From NCBI GenBank assembly GCA_049967655.1, contig JBMFSH010000032.1:1-29984 (forward strand): 29,984 nt of DNA. Direction: 5' to 3'. The DNA comes from Acidobacteriota bacterium (GTDB lineage: Bacteria; Acidobacteriota; UBA4820; DSQY01). Below, in pieces: positions 7,747-15,604 of this stretch; position 1 is the stretch's first letter; each line of letters begins with the position of its first letter. Below the pieces are notes generated by a model, which did not search any database, had not been told where the DNA came from, and worked only from the letters and a program-made list of their open reading frames with translations. Position numbers and translations under genes: made by a program.

Positions 7747-7982
7747 GGCAGAACCTCAATCACCATCCTGCCCCTGATGGACAGAGACAGCGAAACAGGG
7801 GAACAGGGCAACAGGGAAAAAACGGAGCGGGAGGATCTTCGCACCTGATCGGTAAGAGTGAAACGCTCTTCGGGGGGAAACTTCTTGCTGATTGAGGAAA
7901 CCTCGATGCACGCATCCATCGCGCCCTGGAACACCCGCAGGTCCTGATAGCTCCGGACCGTCGGTTGGGTGTTGGCCTCCAT
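7743..7982 (-). pseudogene. Truncated four-helix-bundle (23S rRNA IVP-like) protein
   Basis: SYQDLRVFQ..FPPEERFTLTDQVRRSSRSV matches the family N-half. The frame then runs into repeat-derived sequence, and the expected ANIAEG half is missing. Confidence 0.8.
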
Positions 7983-8009
7983 CTTTTTCTCCTCCCTGTT
8001 TCCCTGTTT

Positions 8010-8600
8010 CTATCTTTCCCTCACCCACACGATCTTGTAGGCGAAACGGACATCATGGGGCTCCACAACCACGGGCGGATAGAGGGGGTTCACCGATTCG
8101 AGGATGATCCGCCCGCCCGCCTCCCGGTAGCGCTTCACGTACTTCTCGCCGGTCATGAGGCCTATGACGGCATAGTCGCCGCTGATGGGTCTCTTGCGCG
8201 TGTCCACCATGACCACCTGGCCGTCCTCGTACTTGGGCACCATGCTGTCCCCCGCCACCTCCACGCCGAAGCCGTTGGGGTCCGTGAACTGCGGCGGGCG
8301 GGGCAGGAAGTACATGCCGCCACCGGCGGGGTAGCCCTGGTCGGTGAACTCCACCGCCTCCCCGGCGGAGGCAAAGGCCACGACCGGCACCTCCTCGGCC
8401 AGGGGGTTCTCCTGGGTGATCATGGAGAGGGGCACCTCCATGGCTTCGGCGATGGCTTCCAGGGAGCGGAGCGAGGGGGTGATGCGCCCCTTTTCGATGC
8501 GCGCGTAGTTCGGGGGGCTCCATCCCAGGCGCCGCGCCACCTCCGCCTGGGTCAACCCGAGAGACTTTCGAACCGATACGAGCTTCTTCGCAAAATCCAT
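8010..8600 (-). CDS. XRE/Cro-CI HTH plus peptidase S24 autocleaving repressor (LexA/CI-like), 196 aa
   Basis: HTH LTQAEVARRLGWSPPNYARIEKG, Ala-Gly site (ASAG), catalytic GDSM and YVKR. ATG 8600 follows a GGAGGG SD. Confidence 0.92.
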   Translation of the reverse strand: MDFAKKLVSVRKSLGLTQAEVARRLGWSPPNYARIEKGRITPSLRSLEAIAEAMEVPLSMITQENPLAEEVPVVAFASAGEAVEFTDQGYPAGGGMYFLPRPPQFTDPNGFGVEVAGDSMVPKYEDGQVVMVDTRKRPISGDYAVIGLMTGEKYVKRYREAGGRIILESVNPLYPPVVVEPHDVRFAYKIVWVRER

Positions 8601-8619
8601 GACCACCCTCCGCACTATC

Positions 8620-8648
8620 AATATAGTCAGCAATGACCACAGAGTCAA
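8620..8648 (-). promoter_or_regulatory. sigma70 promoter of the repressor with the same operator palindrome
   Basis: Minus strand TTGACT-17 nt-TATATT. TGGTCA-TTGC-TGACTA at 8624-8639. Confidence 0.85.
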
Positions 8649-8694
8649 GCAAGGGCACCGTGCGCGGGTTCCGCGATGGCGCGAGGAGATGGCG

Positions 8695-8783
8695 AGGGGA
8701 CAGGGACAGGAGGAGAGAGGAGAGAGGACAGCAGGAGGCGGACCGTTCCACGGCGTTTTTCCAAATCCCAAATCCCAAATCCC
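8695..8783. repeat. Heptamer-repeat cassette (GGGACAG-type arm, conserved core, CCAAATC arm)
   Basis: Core AGCAGGAGGCGGACCGTTCCACGGCGTTTTTC matches 23637-23668 at 28/32 nt. A degenerate copy lies at ~21903-21985. Confidence 0.85.
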
Positions 8784-8831
8784 TGTCGCGCTTTCCACGG
8801 CTATTCCCCTCCTCCATCGCGGGATTGGGGA
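8782..8831. repeat. 50-bp direct repeat, copy 2
   Basis: Matches 109-158 at 47/50 nt. Confidence 0.95.
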
Positions 8832-8893
8832 CTCACTGTTCACTTTTCACCCAGTGCACTATGATCTTTCCTGGCTGAGTGCGGAGGCGATCC

Positions 8894-9571
8894 ATGGAGA
8901 CGCAACAAGGCGAGCTTCAATTGGGGGATTTCATTAAGGGGCGGCTCCTCTTTCTCGAAGACTACTGCAAGCGGAGAGGGCTGGATTATCCGAAGATTCT
9001 GGCCGAGGTCCAGGCCCAAGCCCTCCGCCTGGCCAGCGCACCGGAGAAGGCCGAGTTCCTTAAGACCCGCCTCTTTTCGGGGATCGTGCTCTCCAGCTCC
9101 TACTTCCCCGACTGGGTAGACAAGGTCCTGCTCGAAGCCATCACCATCGCGCTCAAGGGGCCTGGAGCGCCCCTGCACACCACCTCGTCGCGCATGCCGT
9201 GTATCACCTTCGAGGCGGGGCGGTTCAACGCCCAACGGCAGGCGGACACGGTCTTCAGGGCCTACTTCTCGGGCAAGCGCCCGGAGGAGTGGCTGAAGAG
9301 CGGCTTCGTCCAGATCAACCGCAAGTGTTACGGAGACGCTTTCGCGGACCACATCCAGGTGGAGGAGCTGGGGCCCCGTCGCTTCCGGGTCAGCATCGAC
9401 AACACGGGCGTGGAAAAGGCCGACCAGATGGACTGCTCAACGGGCGTGGGGTACCTGTACGGCGCGCTCGAGAAGCTGGGGGTCGCGGGGCCGCTGGTGA
9501 CCCACGACCGGTGCGGGCTGGCTCCCGGCAGCCCCGATCGGATCTGCGTCTACGAGATCAGCTGGCGGTGA
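8894..9571 (+). CDS. Hypothetical protein with V4R-like C-terminus
   Basis: Coding-like codon usage and a GGAGG SD. C-terminal C..GYLYGALE..VTHDRC..CVYEISW pattern is typical of V4R-like domains. Confidence 0.75.
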   Translation: METQQGELQLGDFIKGRLLFLEDYCKRRGLDYPKILAEVQAQALRLASAPEKAEFLKTRLFSGIVLSSSYFPDWVDKVLLEAITIALKGPGAPLHTTSSRMPCITFEAGRFNAQRQADTVFRAYFSGKRPEEWLKSGFVQINRKCYGDAFADHIQVEELGPRRFRVSIDNTGVEKADQMDCSTGVGYLYGALEKLGVAGPLVTHDRCGLAPGSPDRICVYEISWR

Positions 9572-9699
9572 CCGGCGCGCAGCACCGCTCACCCTGAGGG
9601 CCTCCTCAAGGCCCGCCCGCGAGGAATCTCCAGCGGTGATGCCCCGCCTCCGTGGCGCGGCGCACCGGTGCCGATGCTTTCCTGCGCCCTTCTCAATCC

Positions 9700-11541
9700 T
9701 CAGTGCAGGGCAGCCAGGACATCCACGAGGACGGGCATCTTGGGGCCGCCGGAGGTGAGGTAGGCGCCGGCGGCGAACTCCTTCAGGCCCCGCAGGAGTT
9801 CCTGCGCGAGCTCCACGCCGAGGGCCATCTGGTCCTCCCTCCTCTCGAGGCGCTCGAACCGCTCCATGACGCTCCTGGGGACGGTCATCCCGGGCACCTC
9901 GTTGGCTAGGTACAGGGCCTGCTTCAGGCTGGCGATGGGCAGCACACCGGGAAGGATTACCACGGGCAAGCCCTTCAACCGGTCGAGAAACCGCCTGACG
10001 GGCTCCAGGTCGAAGACGGGCTGGCTCATGGCGAAGACCGCTCCGGCATCCAGCCGCTCCCTCAGCTTGGCGATCTCCTTCTCGGGGTCCGTCGCCGTCA
10101 GGTTCACCCCCACACCCACGGCGAACTGGGTGGGGGTGCCCGTGGGGTGGTCCGAGAAATCCAACCCGCGGTTGAGCGAGGCGATGATCTTCACGAGGCC
10201 CACCACGTTCACGTCGTTCACCGAGGTGGCCGCCGGGAAATCCCCATGGGCGGTAGGATCGCCCGAGAGGGCCAGGATCCCCTCCACGCCCAGGAGCGAG
10301 GCGCCCAGGAGTTCGGATTGCAGGGCCAACAGGTTCCTGTCCCGGCAGGTCATGTGCAAGATGGTGGGCAGGCCGGTCTCCTGCTGCACGAAATGGGCCA
10401 GGGCCATGGAGGAGACGCGCACCCGGGCCATGGGGTTGTCCGCGATGTCCACCGCGGAGGAGCCGGCCTGCTTGAACAGGCGGGCCATCTCTACCGCCTC
10501 TCGGGCGTCGGGGCCCTTGGGTGGATTGATCTCACAGGTCACCGCGAATCCGCTCCGCAGCCGGGCGAAGAAGCCTCCTCCCTGCGGCGCGGGCGCGGCG
10601 GCAGGCGCCTCCTCCACCAGGACCCATCCCTCCGGGCTGTCCTGGCGCTTCACGGGCGGCCGCTTCCGGATGATCTGCGCCACCGCCCGGATGGTTTCGG
10701 GCGTCGTGCCGCAGCAGCCGCCCACGATGTTCACGCCGAGCTCCACGTACCGCTTGATGTAGTTCGCCACGTACTCGGGGCTGGAGAGGTAGTGGATCTG
10801 GCCGTCCACCTCGGCGGGATAGCCGGCGTTGGGCATGACGACCAGGGGGTGGCCCACGTTCTGGCAGACCTCTTCCACCAGGGGGAGGGTGTCGGCGGGG
10901 CCCACCGAACAGTTGATGCCCACCACGTCGGCGCCCTGCTTGGCTAGACGCCTGCACCCTTCGACGGGCGTGTCGCCGAAGAAGGTCCTCCCCTCCCGGT
11001 TGAAGGTGAGCGAGGCCAGGATGGGGATGTCGGGCGCCACCTCCCTGCACGCGTCGATGAAGAAACAGGTCTCCAGTACCGACTGCTGGGTCTCCAGGAT
11101 GAAGAGGTCGGGTTCGGCGGAGGCCAGGGCCGCCACCTGCTCCCGGCAGATCTCCCGCGCCGCCTCCTCTTCCATGTCTCCGTAAGGCTTCAGCATCACC
11201 TTGAGGGGACCGATGGAGGCGCCCACCCACACGGGAGCCCCGTGAGCCGCTCGCCTGGCGATCTCCACGCCGCGGGCATTGATCTCCTCCAGGCGCCCCT
11301 CCAGGTCGAAAGCCCGGAGCCCCAGGCGGTTGGCCTTGAAGGTGTTGGTGGTCAGGATCTGGGCCCCGGCGTGGACGTACTCCCGGTGGAGGGCGAAGAC
11401 GAGGTCCGCCTGGCTGAGGTTGGCCTCCTCCAGGCAGCGGTTCCTCGGGATGCCCCGGAGGTGCAAGACGGTGCCCATGGCGCCGTCGGCCAGGATCACC
11501 GATTCCTTCATCCAGCTCGCCAGCGCTTCGCGTTTCGTCAC
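9700..11541 (-). CDS. Bifunctional homocysteine S-methyltransferase / methylenetetrahydrofolate reductase (YitJ-like)
   Basis: DGAMGT, GINCS and GGCCGTTP in the Hcy domain. EINPPKG, LHMTCRDRNL, LSGDP and SQPVFD in the MTHFR domain. GTG 11541 follows GGAGGA. Confidence 0.93.
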   Translation of the reverse strand: MTKREALASWMKESVILADGAMGTVLHLRGIPRNRCLEEANLSQADLVFALHREYVHAGAQILTTNTFKANRLGLRAFDLEGRLEEINARGVEIARRAAHGAPVWVGASIGPLKVMLKPYGDMEEEAAREICREQVAALASAEPDLFILETQQSVLETCFFIDACREVAPDIPILASLTFNREGRTFFGDTPVEGCRRLAKQGADVVGINCSVGPADTLPLVEEVCQNVGHPLVVMPNAGYPAEVDGQIHYLSSPEYVANYIKRYVELGVNIVGGCCGTTPETIRAVAQIIRKRPPVKRQDSPEGWVLVEEAPAAAPAPQGGGFFARLRSGFAVTCEINPPKGPDAREAVEMARLFKQAGSSAVDIADNPMARVRVSSMALAHFVQQETGLPTILHMTCRDRNLLALQSELLGASLLGVEGILALSGDPTAHGDFPAATSVNDVNVVGLVKIIASLNRGLDFSDHPTGTPTQFAVGVGVNLTATDPEKEIAKLRERLDAGAVFAMSQPVFDLEPVRRFLDRLKGLPVVILPGVLPIASLKQALYLANEVPGMTVPRSVMERFERLERREDQMALGVELAQELLRGLKEFAAGAYLTSGGPKMPVLVDVLAALH

Positions 11542-11564
11542 CGTCGATCCTCCCAAGGGGCCCT

Positions 11565-11680
11565 TTGGGTCGTGGCTGGGAGACTCCGTGACTTCTGGAC
11601 TAGGAAGATAGTGCGTGGCACGGCCCTTGCGCCTTTCTTTTTCCTAGTCCCCTAGTCACCTAGTCCTCTAATCACGATCC
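11565..11680. repeat. Heptamer-repeat cassette between metH and the yitJ-like gene
   Basis: GGACTAGG faces CCTAGTC-C/A tandem units at 11644-11667. Confidence 0.6.
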
Positions 11681-11681
11681 C

Positions 11682-14600
11682 TCACACTCCAAAATACCTC
11701 GCCTGCGGGTGGTGCACCACCACCGCGGAGACCGAGGCTTCCGGCTCCATCATGAAGCCCTCCGTGAGCTCCACCCCGATCCTCTCGGGCTGGAGCAATT
11801 CGAACAGGCGCGCCTGGAGCGAGAGGTCAGGACAGGCGGGATACCCGAAGCTGTACCGCTTTCCCCGGTAACGCGCCTGAAAGCGGTCCATCATGGTCAT
11901 CCCAGGCGGATCGGGGAACCCCCACCGCTCGCGGATTTTGCCGTGGAGCCACTCGGCCGTCGCCTCCGCCAGCTCCAGAGCCAGGGCCTGCAGGGCGTGG
12001 CACCGGAGGAAGCTACCCTCCCGCTTGAGCCCCTCCACTCGTTCGCGGATGCCCTCCCCGGCCGTCGTGACGAAGAGGGCCACCGAGTCGCCTCCGCCCT
12101 CCGAGGCCGGCCGCACAAAGTCTGCGATGCACTCCCGTTCGCCGCCGCGCTGTCGGGGGAAAGCGAAGGACGCCGGGGGGCCGCCCCGCGGAAAGAGCCG
12201 CAGGTCATTCCCATCGGATTCGGCGGAGAAGAAGCGGTAGATCGCCCTCAGCCTGATCCAGCGGGAGTCCCGGAGCTCCTCCATCAGGGACGCCAGTTCG
12301 ACGGCCCGGGAATCACCCTCTTCCGCGAGCCTGGCGAAGCTTCCGCGGAGGCCGAGGTGCTTGCCGTAGAGCATCTGCGGATTGAGGAAGGGCCACACCT
12401 CCTCCACGGAGGGCTCCAGAAGGTGCTCCGACTCATCCGGAGGAGGCAGAGGCGGAAGAAGTTCGATTTTCGGGCTCCTCACGGCGGGCACCGCTCCCTC
12501 CTCGGGCGCGGCCCGAGGGGCCGCCTGGCCCGTCGTTCGCCGCCGCCGCTCTATCTCGGCCCGCGCCGCGGCGGCCCGCTCCGGATCGGTGAGCCGGTTC
12601 AGCAGATCGAGGCCGGCCATGGCGTCCTTGGCGTAGGCCACGAATCCTCCATAGGCGGGAGCGATTTTCAGGTCCGTGAACTTCTCCGTCAGGGCGGCCC
12701 CGCCCACGAGCAGCAGCGGAGTGGCCCCGGCCGCCGTGAGGTCCTCGGCCGTGGCCACCATCTGGAGCGCGCTCCTGACGAGGAGGCCCGAAAGGCCGAT
12801 GGCATCGGGCTCGTGCTCGCGAAAGGCCCGCACGAGCGTCTCCGGCAGGACCTTGATCCCCAGGTTCACCACTCGGTAGCCGTTGTTGCTGAAGATGATG
12901 TCCACGAGATTCTTTCCGATGTCGTGGACGTCGCCCTTCACGGTGGCCAGGAGGACGGTGCCCCTCAGGGCGTCGGCGCTCCGCTCCATCTTCGCCTCCA
13001 GCCTGGAGACGGCGGCCTTCATCACCTCCGCCGACTGGAGCACCTCGGCCACGATGAGCTGGTTGGCGGCGAAGAGCCGGCCCACCTCGGCCATGCCCGC
13101 CATGAGGGGGCCGTTGATGATGGCGAGGGGCTGCATCCCCTGGGAGAGCAGTTCGTCCAGGTCCTCCGCCAGCCCCTGCTTGGTGCCCTCGATGATGCAG
13201 CGCGGGAGCCGCTCCAGCGCCGTCCCCGCCCTCTTTCGGGACGGCCCCGCGACCCGGCTCTTCTCCTTGAAGTACGCCGAGAAGGCCCCCAGCGGATCCC
13301 CTCCGCGGCGGAAGAGGAGATTCTCCGCCAGGGCACGCTCCTCCTCCGGAATGGTGGGATAGCGGCGGATCTTCTCGCTGTTCACGATGGCCAGATCGAG
13401 CCCGGCCAGCGTGCAGTGGTAGAGGAAGACCGAGTTCAGGACCTCCCTCCCCAAAGGCGGCAGACCGAAGCTGACGTTCGAGATGCCGAGGATGGACTTG
13501 CTGTCGGGGAACTCCGCCTTGATGAGCCGGAGCCCCTCGATGGTCTCCACGGCGCTCGCCGCGTAGGCCTCGTCGCCGGTGCCGCAGGGAAAGACCAGGG
13601 GGTCGAAGAAGAGATCCTCCGGAGGCATGCCGTACTTTTCCGTGAGCAGGGAAAAGGCCCGGCGGGCGATGGAGAGCTTTCGCTCCCTCGTCAAGGCCAT
13701 GCCCGCCGAAGGGTGCTCGTCGATGGTCCCGACGACGAGCGCCGCCCCGAAGGAGCGGGCCAGGGGGACGACCTTGCGGAAACGCTCTTCTCCGTCCTCG
13801 AGATTCACCGAGTTGATCACCGCCTTGCCCTGGATGAGCGAGAGCGCCCTTTCGATAACCGAGGCGTCGGTGGAGTCGATCATGAGCGGGGCCCGCACCA
13901 TCCGGGAGGCCTTCTCCAGAAAAGCCGTCAGGTCCGAGAGCTCGTCCCGGTCGGGATCCTGGAGGCAGACGTCCAGGATCTGCGCGCCGGCTCGCACTTG
14001 TTCCCTCGCCAGCTCCGCTGCCCCCTCCGCATCGCCCGCCGCGATGAGGCCTTTGAAGCGCCGGCTACCCAGCACGTTGGTGCGCTCGCCCACGAGGACG
14101 GGCCGGTTCTCCTCCTCCACCTCCAGAAAGTCGATGCCCGATAGGAAGGTCCGGCGGTGCTCGGGGACGCGGCGTGGCCGAAGGCCCGCCACGGCATCGG
14201 CGAGGGCCCGGATGTGCTCGGCCGTGGTCCCGCAGCAACCTCCCGCCAGGTTAATCCAGCCAGACCTCGCGAAGCGGGCGAGGTGGGCGGCGAACTCGGC
14301 GGGCGTGGTACCGTAGCGGCCGTTCTCGTCGGGCAGGCCCGCGTTGGGATAGCAGGAGACTCTCGTTTTCGCTATGGCGGAGAGGCTCCGGAGGTGGCTC
14401 GTCATCTGCTCGGGCCCCGTGGCGCAGTTGAGGCCCACGGCCAGGAGGGGGACGTGCATGACGGAGGCGTAGAGCGCCTCGATGGTCTGTCCGGCCAGCA
14501 TGGTGCCGGAGGCCTCGATGGTGGCCGAGACCATCACGGGCACCTCCAGCCCGGCCTCGTCCATGGCGCGCCGGAGGCCGAGGAGACCCGCCTTCAGGTT

Positions 14601-15110
14601 GAGCGTGTCCTGGACGGTCTCCAGCACCAGCAGGTCCGCGCCCCCTTCGAGGAGGCCGATGGCCTGGATCCGGTAGTGCTCCCGCATCTCGTCGAAGCTC
14701 ACGCCGCCCGTGACCGAGATGGATCGCGTGGTGGGGCCCATGGAGCCCGCCACGAAGCGGGGTGTGGAGGGCGTGGAGAAGGCCGCGCAGGCGGCGCGGG
14801 CGATCTGGGCCGCGCGACGGTTGATCTCCAGCGCCTTCTCCGCCAGCCCGTACTCAGCCAGGACGAGGGGGGTGCCTCCGAAGGTGTCGGTCTCCACGAT
14901 CTGGGCACCGGCCTTCAGGTAGCCTTCGTGGACGGCCCGGACCACGTCGGGCCGAGAGAAGACGAGGTGCTCGTTGCACCCCTCCAGCTCGGAGCCGCCG
15001 AAGTCCTGGGCGGTGAGCCCGAAGGCCTGCAGGGCGGTGCCCGTGGCTCCGTCCATCACGACGATGGCCTCCTGCAGGAGCTCCACCAGCTGTGCGCCCC
15101 GGTCGTTCAT
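11682..15110 (-). CDS. metH: Cobalamin-dependent methionine synthase
   Basis: DGATGT, LNCATG, GGCCGT, pterin domain GERTNV, B12 motif GDVHDIGKNLV and activation-domain RYSFGYPACP. Confidence 0.97.
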   Translation of the reverse strand: MNDRGAQLVELLQEAIVVMDGATGTALQAFGLTAQDFGGSELEGCNEHLVFSRPDVVRAVHEGYLKAGAQIVETDTFGGTPLVLAEYGLAEKALEINRRAAQIARAACAAFSTPSTPRFVAGSMGPTTRSISVTGGVSFDEMREHYRIQAIGLLEGGADLLVLETVQDTLNLKAGLLGLRRAMDEAGLEVPVMVSATIEASGTMLAGQTIEALYASVMHVPLLAVGLNCATGPEQMTSHLRSLSAIAKTRVSCYPNAGLPDENGRYGTTPAEFAAHLARFARSGWINLAGGCCGTTAEHIRALADAVAGLRPRRVPEHRRTFLSGIDFLEVEEENRPVLVGERTNVLGSRRFKGLIAAGDAEGAAELAREQVRAGAQILDVCLQDPDRDELSDLTAFLEKASRMVRAPLMIDSTDASVIERALSLIQGKAVINSVNLEDGEERFRKVVPLARSFGAALVVGTIDEHPSAGMALTRERKLSIARRAFSLLTEKYGMPPEDLFFDPLVFPCGTGDEAYAASAVETIEGLRLIKAEFPDSKSILGISNVSFGLPPLGREVLNSVFLYHCTLAGLDLAIVNSEKIRRYPTIPEEERALAENLLFRRGGDPLGAFSAYFKEKSRVAGPSRKRAGTALERLPRCIIEGTKQGLAEDLDELLSQGMQPLAIINGPLMAGMAEVGRLFAANQLIVAEVLQSAEVMKAAVSRLEAKMERSADALRGTVLLATVKGDVHDIGKNLVDIIFSNNGYRVVNLGIKVLPETLVRAFREHEPDAIGLSGLLVRSALQMVATAEDLTAAGATPLLLVGGAALTEKFTDLKIAPAYGGFVAYAKDAMAGLDLLNRLTDPERAAAARAEIERRRRTTGQAAPRAAPEEGAVPAVRSPKIELLPPLPPPDESEHLLEPSVEEVWPFLNPQMLYGKHLGLRGSFARLAEEGDSRAVELASLMEELRDSRWIRLRAIYRFFSAESDGNDLRLFPRGGPPASFAFPRQRGGERECIADFVRPASEGGGDSVALFVTTAGEGIRERVEGLKREGSFLRCHALQALALELAEATAEWLHGKIRERWGFPDPPGMTMMDRFQARYRGKRYSFGYPACPDLSLQARLFELLQPERIGVELTEGFMMEPEASVSAVVVHHPQARYFGV

Positions 15111-15237
15111 GGGCTCAACCTCCGCGGGCGGACCCTAGACCATGGCTATAGTACCTCGGAGAGGGCCGGTTGACACGGGGGACGGATGTTGAGGGCCGAG
15201 AACCAAGAAAGGGCCGCGGGCCTTCCGGGGCCTCTTT

Positions 15238-15267
15238 TCTTGTCCCTTGTCCCTTGTCCCCTGCCCT
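15238..15267. repeat. CTTGTCC heptamer tandem repeat
   Basis: TTGTCCC x3 plus a degenerate unit. Reverse complement of the GGGACAA arms at 21903 and 23593. Confidence 0.85.
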
Positions 15268-15281
15268 CCAGGCCCCGGCAC

Positions 15282-15310
15282 TTGCAAGACTCTGCGGGAT
15301 TTGGTATAAA
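15282..15310 (+). promoter_or_regulatory. sigma70 promoter of rpmB
   Basis: TTGCAA-17 nt-TATAAA. Confidence 0.7.
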
Positions 15311-15335
15311 GGCTCCTTCGCGAAGGAGCACCACC

Positions 15336-15527
15336 ATGGCAAGAGTGTGCGAGATCTGCGGGAAGAAACCGAGCGTGGGGAACAACGTCAGCCACGCCCA
15401 CAACCTCACCAAGCGCCGGTGGCTTCCCAACCTACAAACCGTCCGCGCCAGCGTCAACGGACAGACGAAGACCGTCCGCGTCTGCACCAAGTGCCTCAAG
15501 GCCGGCAAGATTCAGAAGGCTGGCTGA
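15336..15527 (+). CDS. rpmB: 50S ribosomal protein L28 (zinc-ribbon form)
   Basis: [45 protein letters not shown]. Confidence 0.98.
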   Translation: MARVCEICGKKPSVGNNVSHAHNLTKRRWLPNLQTVRASVNGQTKTVRVCTKCLKAGKIQKAG

Positions 15528-15557
15528 GCCTCCCTTGGCATTAACCCCGCCTCTCAA

Positions 15558-15590
15558 CGGGTCCGGCCGGGTAGCATTCCGCTGGACCCG
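15558..15590. terminator. Hairpin between convergent rpmB and lpxB
   Basis: CGGGTCCGGC ... GCTGGACCCG stem with one G-U pair. Confidence 0.5.
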
Positions 15591-15604
15591 CTTCTATATT
15601 CCGT

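Noticed and set aside
8010..8600. Prophage repressor / prophage
   Set aside because: No integrase, divergent cro, replication or structural phage genes. The operator links it to dnaE2 instead. Not labelled lexA because the DNA-binding domain is XRE-type.
8601..8843. 81-aa N-terminal extension of the repressor
   Set aside because: Runs through the promoter and repeat cassette. SD and promoter support ATG 8600.
9700..15110. Two adjacent homocysteine methyltransferase domains (metH plus yitJ-like) as a novelty
   Set aside because: This pairing is an established arrangement in several phyla.
15111..15280. SAM or cobalamin riboswitch upstream of metH
   Set aside because: The short intergenic region is mostly repeat cassette and rpmB promoter. 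No S-box or B12-box consensus seen.
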